A DNA stretch of 64,000 nucleotides from Methanothrix sp. (GTDB lineage: Archaea > Halobacteriota > Methanosarcinia > Methanotrichales > Methanotrichaceae), in assembly GCA_040770465.1 (NCBI GenBank), contig JAXGJB010000001.1, positions 32,001 to 96,000 of the forward strand, read 5' to 3'. This document shows, piece by piece, positions 19,853 through 29,127 of the stretch. A program made the position numbers and the translations under genes. The notes beneath the pieces are model-generated. The model was not told where the DNA came from. It saw only the letters and a list, made by a program, of their open reading frames with translations, and made no database searches. Numbering within the stretch: position 1 is the first letter of the stretch; each line of letters starts with the position of its first letter.

Positions 19853-20605
19853 GTGGCCACAGCTGTGAAGAAGCTTGGTCAGCATTTTCTCGTCGACCGG
19901 AGGGTTCTTTCAAGGATAGGCGATTACGCCTCCCTCGACCTGGGGGACAGGGTGCTGGAGATCGGGCCTGGGACCGGAAACCTCACCGAGGTTCTATCGG
20001 CCCGGGCGGGAACCGTCTTCGCCATCGAGGTCGACCCCTCCCTGGCGGCATCCCTGGAAGGGCGATTCGATAACGTCGTCGTCTTGAGAGGCGACGCTCT
20101 GCGGGTATCCCTTCCCGGCTACAACAAGATCGTGTCGAACCTCCCCTACCAGATCTCCTCCAAGATCACCTTCAGGCTTCTGGAGAGGCCTTTCGATCTC
20201 GCCGTCTTGATGTACCAGAGGGAGTTTGCCGAGAGGATGGTGGCAAAGCCTGGGACAAAGGAGTACGGCAGGCTCACCCTCAACGTCTCCCTCCGGGCCG
20301 AGGCCGAGATCCTGGAACGGGTGGCTCGGGGCGCATTTCGGCCGATGCCGCAGGTCGAGTCGGCTATAGTCCGCCTCCGCCCTCGCGAAGAGCGGATCGC
20401 CGTCGACGAGAGGATCTTCGACGATCTGACCCGGACCATCTTCTCCATGAGGAGAAAGAAGGTGAAGAGATCCCTCGCCGCCATGAAGGTATCATCCGAG
20501 GCCCTCTCGCGGATCGATCCCGACCTTCTGGAGAAGAGGCCTCAGGAACTCTCTCTGGAGGAGGTCGTCGATATGGCGGAAGCGATCTCGGCAAGTGAAC
20601 TCTGA
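19853..20605 (+). CDS. rsmA: 16S rRNA adenine dimethyltransferase
   Basis: LGQHFL, LEIGPGTG, SNLPYQISS. Confidence 0.95.
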   Translation: MATAVKKLGQHFLVDRRVLSRIGDYASLDLGDRVLEIGPGTGNLTEVLSARAGTVFAIEVDPSLAASLEGRFDNVVVLRGDALRVSLPGYNKIVSNLPYQISSKITFRLLERPFDLAVLMYQREFAERMVAKPGTKEYGRLTLNVSLRAEAEILERVARGAFRPMPQVESAIVRLRPREERIAVDERIFDDLTRTIFSMRRKKVKRSLAAMKVSSEALSRIDPDLLEKRPQELSLEEVVDMAEAISASEL

Positions 20606-20667
20606 AGGTATCCGCCGTTGGGCAAGGGCCTCGAATTTTTATACTCAGCTGCCATCTTTAACCTCCG

Positions 20668-21933
20668 ATGATAGCATCTGTTGAGCGTTCGCAGGTATCG
20701 GGCGCGATCTCTGTCCCGCCCTCCAAGAGCTACACCCATCGGGCGATCGCCATCAGCGCCCTGGGGCCCGGCGGCTCGGTGAAACGGCCGCTCTTATCCG
20801 CCGACACCAGGGCCACCATCAACGCCTCCGAGGCCTTCGGGGCCCAGATTGAAGGGCAGGAGGAGGAGCTGGCGGTGATCGGGGTCGGTGGAAGGCCGAC
20901 GACCCCCGAGAACGTGATCGACGTCGAAAACTCGGGAACCACGCTGCGGATCATGGCCGCGGTGGCGGCCCTCACCGAAGGCGCGGTCCTCACCGGGGAC
21001 GCCTCCATCCGGCGAAGGCCCAACGGCCCCCTCCTAAACTCCCTTCGCGACCTGGGGGCTGATGCCTTCTCCATAAGGAAGAACGACTGCGCACCCCTGG
21101 TGGTCCGGGGGAGGATTCGCGGCGGAAGGACCGTCCTCGACGGGAGCGTCAGCTCCCAGTTCCTCTCGGCCCTCCTCATATCATGCCCTCTTGCCGATGG
21201 AAATTCCGAGATCGAGATAAAAGGCGATCTCAAGAGCCGTCCCTACGCCGAGATCACCCTGGAGATGCTGGAGGATGCCGGGGCGAAGATAGAGACCGAT
21301 TTTCGCAGGTTCTTCGTCGAGGGCGGCCAGAGCTACGACCTGGACGGCTACACCGTCCCCGGCGACTTCTCCTCCGCCTCTTACCTTCTCGCGGCGGCGG
21401 CGGTGACCGGCTCCCGCCTCACCGTCCGTGGGCTCTTCCCCTCGAAGCAGGGGGACTCGGCGATCGTCTCCATCCTCCAGGATATGGGGGCGAAGATCTC
21501 CTGGGACCGGGAAGATGGCAACCTCGAGATCGAAGGGGGCGACCTCGAAGGGGTCGAGGTGGACGCGAGCCTCACCCCCGACCTCGTCCCCACCATAGCG
21601 GTCCTGGGAGCCGTTGCAAAAGGAAGGACCGTCGTCAAGAACGCGGAACACGTCCGCCACAAGGAGACCGACCGGCTCCGTGCCATGGCAGTCGAGCTCT
21701 CCAAGATGGGGGCGAATATAGAGGAGAGGCCCGACGGGCTGGTGATAGAGGGCGGAAAGCTTGAAGGCGCGAGGGTGAGCGGTCATCACGATCACAGGAT
21801 CGTCATGGCCCTGACGGTGGCGGGGCTTGTCGCCGGAGATACCAGAATAGATACCGCAGAGTCCGTCTCCATATCCTACCCGGGCTTCTTCGAGGAGATG
21901 GCAAAGATCGGCTGTCGCGTGGAGGTACGCTGA
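20668..21933 (+). CDS. aroA: 3-phosphoshikimate 1-carboxyvinyltransferase (EPSP synthase)
   Basis: PPSKSYTHR, NSGTT, SSQFLS, KETDR, DHRI. Confidence 0.97.
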   Translation: MIASVERSQVSGAISVPPSKSYTHRAIAISALGPGGSVKRPLLSADTRATINASEAFGAQIEGQEEELAVIGVGGRPTTPENVIDVENSGTTLRIMAAVAALTEGAVLTGDASIRRRPNGPLLNSLRDLGADAFSIRKNDCAPLVVRGRIRGGRTVLDGSVSSQFLSALLISCPLADGNSEIEIKGDLKSRPYAEITLEMLEDAGAKIETDFRRFFVEGGQSYDLDGYTVPGDFSSASYLLAAAAVTGSRLTVRGLFPSKQGDSAIVSILQDMGAKISWDREDGNLEIEGGDLEGVEVDASLTPDLVPTIAVLGAVAKGRTVVKNAEHVRHKETDRLRAMAVELSKMGANIEERPDGLVIEGGKLEGARVSGHHDHRIVMALTVAGLVAGDTRIDTAESVSISYPGFFEEMAKIGCRVEVR

Positions 21934-21971
21934 GGGCGGGCTTGAACGCCGCCCCTCGCCCTCACCCCCTC

Positions 21972-22137
21972 CATAAGTCTTATGTACCAGTAGCGAATCT
22001 CACGCTTGGATTACCGTTTGCGATTGAATTCGCCCCATCGGCTCAGGCCGATGCACGGGCGGCGTCGGACTATGATCCGGGGCTGCTCCAGAGGGGCTAG
22101 AGAAAGCTCGAAGCCCTCAGATTTCTGGAGGAATAAT
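21972..22137 (+). promoter_or_regulatory. Putative promoter and structured 5' leader of the rps13 operon
   Basis: AT-rich box at ~21972-21987; hairpin 22036-22053; stem 22086-22092/22124-22130 covering the GGAG RBS. Confidence 0.5.
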
Positions 22138-22593
22138 TTGCCAGAAGAGAATGAAGAGCTGAAACATATAGTGCGCATCCTGAACACCGACCTCAACGGT
22201 CACAAGCCCGTTCAGATGGCGCTCACCGGCATCAAGGGGATGGGCAGGCGGAACGCCCGGCTGCTCACCCAGAAGGCAGAGATCGAGCCCACCGAGACCC
22301 TCGGCATGCTCTCGGACGAGGCGATATCCAGGCTCCGAGATATCGTCGAGTCGGCCCAGGACCACCTCCCCGTCTGGATGAAGAACAGGAGGAAGGACCT
22401 CCTCACCGGCGAGGACAGGCACGTCATGGGAACCGATCTCGTCCTCACCCAGAGGGAAGAGATGGACATCATCAGAAAGACCCGTAGCTACAGGGGGATC
22501 AGGCACGAGCGCGGCCTCCGTGTCCGGGGCCAGAAGACCAGATCCACCGGTCGAAGGGGAGCTACTGTGGGCGTCAGCAGGAAGAAGAAGTGA
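22138..22593 (+). CDS. rps13: 30S ribosomal protein S13 (TTG start)
   Basis: IVRILNTDLNG, ALTGIKG, YRGIRHERGLRVRGQKT; GGAGG RBS before TTG 22138. Confidence 0.95.
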   Translation: MPEENEELKHIVRILNTDLNGHKPVQMALTGIKGMGRRNARLLTQKAEIEPTETLGMLSDEAISRLRDIVESAQDHLPVWMKNRRKDLLTGEDRHVMGTDLVLTQREEMDIIRKTRSYRGIRHERGLRVRGQKTRSTGRRGATVGVSRKKK

Positions 22594-22608
22594 GCGAGGC
22601 GGGCTTTT

Positions 22609-23151
22609 ATGGGATATCCTGGTAAGTGTAGGAAGATTTACGATACTCCGCGCCACCCCTGGGAAGCCGATCGGATGGCTCAGGAGGTGGAGCTGGTCAA
22701 GGGTTACGGGCTCCGCAACAAGAGAGAGGTCTGGAAGGCCCAGAGCCTCATCAGAAAGTACAGGCGCGTAAGCCGTCAGCTTCTGGCAGCCACAACCCGC
22801 GGTGAGGCGGAGCTTGAGGCTCAGGCAGAGGACGTGCTGGAGCACCTCAAAAAGTTCGGGATGCTCAAGGAAGATGGAGATCTCGACGCCGTCCTGTCCA
22901 TAAAGGTGGAAGACCTTCTCGAACGGAGGCTTCAGACTCAGGTCTACCGTCAGGGGCTCGCCAAGTCCCTCAGGCAGGCCCGACAGTTCATAACTCACGG
23001 TCACATTCAGATCACGGGAAGGAAAGTTACAGTTCCCGGATATTACGTCAGGCGTGGCGAAGAGATGACCATCGATTACTACCCTGGTTCGCCCATGGCT
23101 CAGGAGGCCCATCCTGAGAGGGCCACCAGAATACCCAAGGTGGAAGGATAA
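22609..23151 (+). CDS. rps4: 30S ribosomal protein S4
   Basis: [35 protein letters not shown]. Confidence 0.97.
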   Translation: MGYPGKCRKIYDTPRHPWEADRMAQEVELVKGYGLRNKREVWKAQSLIRKYRRVSRQLLAATTRGEAELEAQAEDVLEHLKKFGMLKEDGDLDAVLSIKVEDLLERRLQTQVYRQGLAKSLRQARQFITHGHIQITGRKVTVPGYYVRRGEEMTIDYYPGSPMAQEAHPERATRIPKVEG

Positions 23152-23153
23152 AC

Positions 23154-23543
23154 ATGGCAGAAGGAAAATGGGGCGTGGCCCACATATACGCCTCCTTCAA
23201 CAACACGATCATCACCATAACCGACCTCACCGGCGCGGAGACGATCGCCAAGGTATCGGGCGGAATGGTGGTCAAGGCCGCAAGGGACGAGAGTTCGCCC
23301 TATACGGCCATGCAGATGGCGGGCCAGATCGCCGAGCAGGCCATGACCAACGGGATCATAGGAGTCCACGTCAAGGTCAGGGCTCCCGGCGGGAACCGTC
23401 AGAGGTCTCCAGGGCCCGGTGCTCAGGCTGCGATCAGGGCTCTTGCGAGAGCCGGGCTGAAGATCGGCAGGATCGAGGACGTGACCCCGATTCCCCACGA
23501 CGGCACCAAACCCTCCGGAGGTCGGAGGGGCAGACGGGTGTGA
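23154..23543 (+). CDS. rps11: 30S ribosomal protein S11
   Basis: [28 protein letters not shown]. Confidence 0.97.
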   Translation: MAEGKWGVAHIYASFNNTIITITDLTGAETIAKVSGGMVVKAARDESSPYTAMQMAGQIAEQAMTNGIIGVHVKVRAPGGNRQRSPGPGAQAAIRALARAGLKIGRIEDVTPIPHDGTKPSGGRRGRRV

Positions 23544-23546
23544 GCT

Positions 23547-24344
23547 TTGCAGTTGGAACTGATAGAGCTGAGAGAGGGCCGGGCGAGGTTCCTCCTGAAG
23601 GGCGTGAAGCCAGCCTTCGCCAACGCCATAAGAAGGGCGTGCCTTGCGGAGGTACCGTCCCTCGCCATCGATGAGATAAGTATTTATGACAATACATCGG
23701 TCCTCTTCGACGAGCAGCTCTCTCTGAGGCTTGGGCTGGTTCCGATCAAGGCCGACGACCTCAGCATCTTCAGAGTCCCTGAAGAGTGTGAATGCGAAGG
23801 TGCGGGCTGTCCTGCCTGCCAGGTGGGGATGACCCTCTCGGCCGAGGGTCCATGCACCGTTCACTCCGGAGATCTGAGGTTCTCGGATCCCGGAGTCGAT
23901 GTCGTATTCGAGAATATCCCGATCGCGATCCTGGGCGAAGGCGAAAAGCTGATGCTGGAAGGGATTGTAACCCTCAACCGAGGGACGGTCCACGCCAAGT
24001 GGCAGGCCGGAACCCAGTGCGGCTACAAGAACCTGCCGGAGATCCGGATCAGCGATTCGTGTGAAGGCTGCGGAAAGTGCGTCGATGTCTGTCCGCGAAA
24101 GATCCTCGTGATCGAAGAGGGAGGAAAGCTGAAGGTCACCGACCCCGTCAGCTGCTCCATCTGCAAGCTCTGCGTCGTCGAGTGTGAGATCGGAGCGATC
24201 GAGGTCGTCCCGATCGAGGACGTCTTCGTGATGAAGATAGACACCGATGGATCGATGCCTGCAAAGGACCTGGTGTCCGGTGCTGCAGGCGAGATCAAGA
24301 GGCGCGCGTCGCTCCTCAGCCAGCAGTTGAGCGAGCTGGCGTAA
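23547..24344 (+). CDS. rpo3: RNA polymerase subunit Rpo3 (RpoD) with ferredoxin-like insert
   Basis: FANAIRR, RLGLVP, HAKWQ; two CxxCxxCxxxC motifs. Confidence 0.95.
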   Translation: MQLELIELREGRARFLLKGVKPAFANAIRRACLAEVPSLAIDEISIYDNTSVLFDEQLSLRLGLVPIKADDLSIFRVPEECECEGAGCPACQVGMTLSAEGPCTVHSGDLRFSDPGVDVVFENIPIAILGEGEKLMLEGIVTLNRGTVHAKWQAGTQCGYKNLPEIRISDSCEGCGKCVDVCPRKILVIEEGGKLKVTDPVSCSICKLCVVECEIGAIEVVPIEDVFVMKIDTDGSMPAKDLVSGAAGEIKRRASLLSQQLSELA

Positions 24345-24368
24345 GGGCGCGATCCTGATAAACCCTGG

Positions 24369-24456
24369 GCGGGGGTTGCCAAGCCAGGTCAAAGGCGCAA
24401 GGTTGAGGGCCTTGTCTCGCAGGAGTTCGTGGGTTCGAATCCCATCCCCCGCACCA
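24369..24456 (+). tRNA. tRNA-Leu (GAG), CCA encoded
   Basis: GCGGGGG/CCCCCGC acceptor stem, CAAGG-TTGAGGG-CCTTG anticodon arm, long variable arm, GGTTCGAATCC T arm. Confidence 0.95.
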
Positions 24457-24573
24457 ATTTACCTTTTCTGATCTGCGACCTTTTATTCTTCGTAGGACTA
24501 TTTGACCTCGGTGAGCACCACCAGATTTCTGGCGTCAAAACCTATTATAACCCCAAGCGCCCTGGCGGGGCTC

Positions 24574-26412
24574 ATGCGCAGAAGCTCAAGTTCTGTCCGC
24601 GATAGGAGGGAAGATGGCCTGGGCAGTGCCCGCCATCCCTGCCGCCTCAATCTTTGGACGATCGCGATTTTTATCTCCTTCTCCCTTCTCATCATCGGAT
24701 CCGCCGCCGGTGCCACCCTGACCGTAGCGCCGGGCGAGAAGATCCAGGCGGCCATCGGCGCGGCGGGAGAGGGCGACACGGTGCTGGTGGAATCGGGAGT
24801 TTACAGGGAGAACCTGGTCCTTAACCAGGGGATAGTCCTCTCGGGGATCGGACGGCCTCTGATCGACGCCGGAGGCTCCGGCTCTGCCATCACCCTCCGG
24901 TCGGAGGAAGCTGGAGTTGTGGGCTTCGAGGTCTCGGGCTCCGGGCCGGAGGAGATGGACGCCGGTATCTGGGTCCTCGCCGCCAACTGCACCATCGCGG
25001 ATAACCACATCTTTGGAAACAGCGCAGGCATCCTCCTCCAGGACGTTCGGGGAGCTGTGATAACAAACAACACCGTCGAGGGGAACGGGGTGGGGGTATA
25101 TCTTGAGACCTCCTGGGAGAACGAGATCAGCTTCAACCGGATCGTCGAGAACGATGAGGGGGTCCGCCTGATCAAAAACAACGTCTCTGAGAGCATAACG
25201 GAGTCGGACGCCGGAGGCGTATCGATCAAATATACGCCCAAAAACGCGGCCGACACGGAGACATCGGCCGTCGAGGTCAGCGATATAGGCTTCGCCGGGG
25301 CCAAGAGAGAGAACAGGATCTTCGGAAACGAGCTTCTGAATAACGGCCAGAACGCCCGCGACGACGGCGATAACCTCTGGAGCTACGGCGATACGGGAAA
25401 CCACTACGACGACTTCGATTCGATCGAGGAGGGTTGCAGAGATAGAGATAGAGACGGAGTCTGCGACTCGCTCCGGACGATCCCCGGCGGGTCCAGCGTC
25501 GACGAGCATCCCGTCGCCTCCGACGATGCGATCCTGAAGTACAGGGCAACGTCCGGCGACTTCGAGCTCTTCCTCTATCGATCGACCTTCTCCCCTGGCA
25601 CAGAGATCGACCTCGGATTCCAGGCACCCCAGAACTTCAGCGGCAGGGTGGAGCTGGTCGCATCGCCACCCCTCTCAGCCGAAGAAGGGGGAGCAGAGGC
25701 GGGATCCGCAGGGGCGGTTCCGGAAAGCCAGTCCCTGCCGAGCTCAAGCGGCACCGTCAGATTCACCGCCCCCTCAGAAGAGGGATCTTACGCTTTCAGG
25801 ATGTACGACGGCTCTGACTCCGGCCCCGAGATCGTCGCCCTCCCGTTCAATGTAGCGACTGCGGAGCTTTTCGTCTACAATACGACTGCCGGGACCTGCG
25901 ACAGGCTGAACGTCGGCTACAGCGGCGCTCCCGGATTCGAGAACGATTGGATCGGCCTCTTCAGGGTCGGCTCCGGGGACGAGAGCCCCCTCTCCCGAAA
26001 GTACCTGGATGGGACGAACAACGGGACTCTGACCTTCAACATGCCCTCCTCGGCCGGAAGCTACGAGTTCAGGATGTTCGAGGACGACGGATTAGCGAGG
26101 ATCGCTGCGAGCAGTCCTGTCGAGGTGGAGGTCTCCCAAGGGGTGAGGGTGGAGGCGTCGCCCGCGAGAGTCCGTCCCGGCGAGGCGATCACCGTCTCCT
26201 TCTGGGGGGCGAAGCCCGCCTCCGCCATCGGGATGTACGAGATGACCCGACCCGACAAGTACATGATCGGCATGCAGTGGACAAACGGGAGGACCTGTGG
26301 GACCATGACCTTCGGGGCTCCCCGAACCCCGGGCAGGTATGACTTCAGGCTCTTCGAGGACAACGTCCACAGAAAGCTGATGGGGGCGAGCAACGTCGTC
26401 ATCGTCGGATGA
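24574..26412 (+). CDS. Secreted NosD/pectin-lyase-fold beta-helix protein with three C-terminal Ig-like repeats; start uncertain (ATG 24574 or CTG 24619)
   Basis: Hydrophobic leader, IQAAI..A..GDTVLV..GVYRE, Asn-rich helix turns, DRDRDGVCD, three TF.AP..G.Y.FR(M/L)(Y/F) units. Confidence 0.8.
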   Translation: MRRSSSSVRDRREDGLGSARHPCRLNLWTIAIFISFSLLIIGSAAGATLTVAPGEKIQAAIGAAGEGDTVLVESGVYRENLVLNQGIVLSGIGRPLIDAGGSGSAITLRSEEAGVVGFEVSGSGPEEMDAGIWVLAANCTIADNHIFGNSAGILLQDVRGAVITNNTVEGNGVGVYLETSWENEISFNRIVENDEGVRLIKNNVSESITESDAGGVSIKYTPKNAADTETSAVEVSDIGFAGAKRENRIFGNELLNNGQNARDDGDNLWSYGDTGNHYDDFDSIEEGCRDRDRDGVCDSLRTIPGGSSVDEHPVASDDAILKYRATSGDFELFLYRSTFSPGTEIDLGFQAPQNFSGRVELVASPPLSAEEGGAEAGSAGAVPESQSLPSSSGTVRFTAPSEEGSYAFRMYDGSDSGPEIVALPFNVATAELFVYNTTAGTCDRLNVGYSGAPGFENDWIGLFRVGSGDESPLSRKYLDGTNNGTLTFNMPSSAGSYEFRMFEDDGLARIAASSPVEVEVSQGVRVEASPARVRPGEAITVSFWGAKPASAIGMYEMTRPDKYMIGMQWTNGRTCGTMTFGAPRTPGRYDFRLFEDNVHRKLMGASNVVIVG

Positions 26413-26551
26413 AAGGGGAGAGAGGATGGCAGCGAAGATTTAGAAGGTCCGATCCGGGACCTTCCATCCTACTTTTTTTCGCATTGAAGCTGATGCTTCA
26501 AGGGACTAAATGAGATTGAGATCCTTATGAAAGTCAGCTCAAAATTGTATT

Positions 26552-26629
26552 TGGTAGCGGGGAGTAGATTTGAACTACTGATCTACGGGTTATGAGCCCG
26601 TCGGGATTTCCTGACTACCCCACCCCGCT
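26552..26629 (-). tRNA. Initiator tRNA-Met (CAT), CCA encoded
   Basis: Reverse complement AGCGGGG...GGG-CTCATAA-CCC...CCCCGCT-ACCA, with A1:U72 and three G:C pairs in the anticodon stem. TATA box (CTTTATAT) at ~26679-26672. Confidence 0.93.
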
Positions 26630-26932
26630 TCGTCGGGTTGAGAACGACAGTTCCCAAACCCGCTCCGATCATATAAAGGTTGTGCATCGCCACCATCCAT
26701 CCTTCGGCGGCAAAGGTCGCCTGATCGACGGCCGGCGGCCTTTGCGATCGTCAGATCCAAAATCCGCGCGAGGAGGCATTCTGCGGCGAGACGGGGGACG
26801 GATAAGAAGGCGCCGCTGCGCCTCCTCGGTCTTGCGGCGTCTCTTCCGTCCATCCTGGGGGAAAAGAGGAGGAGATCCGATTTTGGAGCGGCTCGGAACT
26901 TGCGTATTCGGCCGGACCCGGCCGCCTCCTTC

Positions 26933-27730
26933 TCACCTCAGATTCTCCATCGCCTCCTCCACAGGCCTGTCGTGGTGGACGATTGAAGCGATGGCCCTGG
27001 TCATCTTGATCGGGTTCTCGTGCTGGAAGACGTTTCTTCCTATGGCGACCCCCCGGCCCCCGGCGTCTATGGCGCCCCGGATCATCTCCAGAAACTCCTC
27101 GTCCGTCTCGGTCTTTGGGCCGCCGGCTATCACCACCGGGACCGGGCAGCCCGCCACAACCTCCCTGAAGGTATCGGGGTCACCGGTGTAGTTCGTCTTG
27201 ATTATGTCGGCCCCCAGCTCCGCCCCGGCCCGGGCGGCCAGGGAGACGACGTCGACGCCGTTGGGGTCGGTTATCTTGTCCCCCCTCGGGTACATCATGG
27301 CGATGAGGGGCATCCCCCAGAAGTCGCACCTCTCGGCGACGCTTCCCAGTTTCTTGAGCTGATCAGCCTCGGTCTCAGAGCCGATGTTGATGTGGACGGA
27401 GACGGCGTCAGCCCCCACCTTCAGGGCCTCCTCCACCATGCAGACCTGGACTTTGTTGTTGGGGTCGGGACCGAGGGAGGTGCTGGCGGACATGTGGACG
27501 ATCAGGCCGATGTCGCTTCCGTAGCCGCGATGGCCGTGTTTCACCATCCCCTTCTGCTGGAGGACGGCGTTCGCGCCCCCCTCGGCCACCTTGTCCACCA
27601 TCTCCGAGAGGTCCACCAGACCCTTGACAGGACCCACGGATATCCCATGATCCATGGGGATGACGACGGTATTTCCGCTGTTCCGATCGATGATCCTCTC
27701 CATCCGCACCCTTTTGCCAATCTCGCTCAA
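26933..27730 (-). CDS. aroA': 2-amino-3,7-dideoxy-D-threo-hept-6-ulosonate synthase (class I DhnA-type aldolase)
   Basis: [39 protein letters not shown]. Confidence 0.88.
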   Translation of the reverse strand: MSEIGKRVRMERIIDRNSGNTVVIPMDHGISVGPVKGLVDLSEMVDKVAEGGANAVLQQKGMVKHGHRGYGSDIGLIVHMSASTSLGPDPNNKVQVCMVEEALKVGADAVSVHINIGSETEADQLKKLGSVAERCDFWGMPLIAMMYPRGDKITDPNGVDVVSLAARAGAELGADIIKTNYTGDPDTFREVVAGCPVPVVIAGGPKTETDEEFLEMIRGAIDAGGRGVAIGRNVFQHENPIKMTRAIASIVHHDRPVEEAMENLR

Positions 27731-27852
27731 TTCCGAATCTCCTTCGTGTTAACATGGCACACGATAGCATATGCCATATATAAGCCTGACGATAGGCCTG
27801 ACGCCGTGATATTTATAGGGTTGCAAGACCGATACCCATCGGAGCTGATACT

Positions 27853-28077
27853 TTGGAGCAGGAGTTCGGCAGAATCAGAAAGAGCGAGACGACGGAGCTT
27901 GTGATCAGGCGGACCGAGTTTCGCGGCTCTGCGGGGATCGACATCAGAGAGTATGTCACGAGCGACAGGTACACCGGCTGGTCGAAGAACGGCATCAGGA
28001 TACCGGTAGACCAGTGGCGGTCCTTCAAGGAGATCCTGGAGAGGATCGAGGTCCCTGAGGGAGGAGAAGGCGATTAA
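27853..28077 (+). CDS. PC4/YdbC-family ssDNA-binding protein
   Basis: EFRG..IDIREY......W..NGIRI..DQW is the PC4 pattern. Confidence 0.8.
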   Translation: MEQEFGRIRKSETTELVIRRTEFRGSAGIDIREYVTSDRYTGWSKNGIRIPVDQWRSFKEILERIEVPEGGEGD

Positions 28078-28879
28078 CCGGGACGGCTTCGAGCGGGAGT
28101 ACCGGGGATGGCTCGTATCGGTGGCGAAGGATATCGCCCGCCGGCTGGCAGGATTCGACCCAAAAGAGCGGGATCGGATCCTCACGAGGTCCCGGGAGAT
28201 GGAGGACCCAAAGCGGGTATTTCGCCCCCTAAGAGACCCGGATCGGATCGCCCGCCTGGGGGGCGAGGAGGCCGAGGGGTACATCCTGGTGGAGACGGAC
28301 GCCGTCACCTTCTTTCCCTCCATCGACTCGTCGAACCCCGGCGCCCTCGACTTCGCCGTTGCCATGAACCGGCGCTACTACTTCCGGGGGCTCTGGTTTT
28401 CCATCATATCCCTCAACACCGAGTACCTGAGCCGGGTCTCTGACAGGGTTCTGGCCTACGCCCTCGAGCACGAGTTCGAGATGGGGAGGCTCTATCAGCA
28501 GGCTTTCGAAGAGATGAGGAAGCTCTCCCCCGGAGAGAAGCTTGAGATCAGCAGGCTCGCCCACCAGACCTCGGTTAAGAAGACGAAGATCTCCCTTGAG
28601 GATCTGATCGACGAGGAGAGGCTGATGGTATCCCTATCCGAATCTCAGCCGGCCGTCCCCAAGCCCTACGCCGAGACTGCCCTTCTGACGTATCTTGATG
28701 AGAACTTCTCGGATCTCGAAAAGTTCGGCGTCAGAAGCGACGGCGAGGAAGAGGACGCCTTCGGAGCCGAGCTCTACGACGAGTTCGAGGGATGGTCGGA
28801 GTTCTCCATCACGTCGTACCGCCTCTTCGTTCGGGAGGCGGCCCAGGGCGTGAGGGAGGCGTACCAGGGGTACGTCTAA
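28073..28879 (+). CDS. Hypothetical acidic protein (start ATT 28073 inferred; ORF track uses GTG 28121)
   Basis: Long ORF with normal codon usage; frame open back to the PC4 stop; ALEHEFE motif. Confidence 0.7.
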   Translation: MNRDGFEREYRGWLVSVAKDIARRLAGFDPKERDRILTRSREMEDPKRVFRPLRDPDRIARLGGEEAEGYILVETDAVTFFPSIDSSNPGALDFAVAMNRRYYFRGLWFSIISLNTEYLSRVSDRVLAYALEHEFEMGRLYQQAFEEMRKLSPGEKLEISRLAHQTSVKKTKISLEDLIDEERLMVSLSESQPAVPKPYAETALLTYLDENFSDLEKFGVRSDGEEEDAFGAELYDEFEGWSEFSITSYRLFVREAAQGVREAYQGYV

Positions 28880-29127
28880 ATGCGCTTCATTCAGATCGTC
28901 TTTCTCATCTCATCCAATCCGTTCGACCCCTTGCGACCATCATCCATCTAGCCTGCTTCTTCATCTCCAACCGGGCTCTGGCCGACCATCTCTTGTCAAA
29001 GCGTCGGAAGCCGGCGGGTAATATCCTCAAAAATCGAGGAGAAAAGGTACGCGGCATCGAGTCCTGAGCATTTATATAGTAGTCTCTCCCTGTAAGTTGC
29101 CATCAAGATCATCAGAGGAGACCCGAT

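Noticed and set aside
22006-22137. N-terminal extension of S13 or a tRNA upstream of rps13
   Set aside because: An RBS and TTG at 22138 match the normal S13 start; no cloverleaf or T-arm consensus upstream.
24456-26552. Integrated element at the tRNAs
   Set aside because: No integrase and no duplicated tRNA 3' end found.
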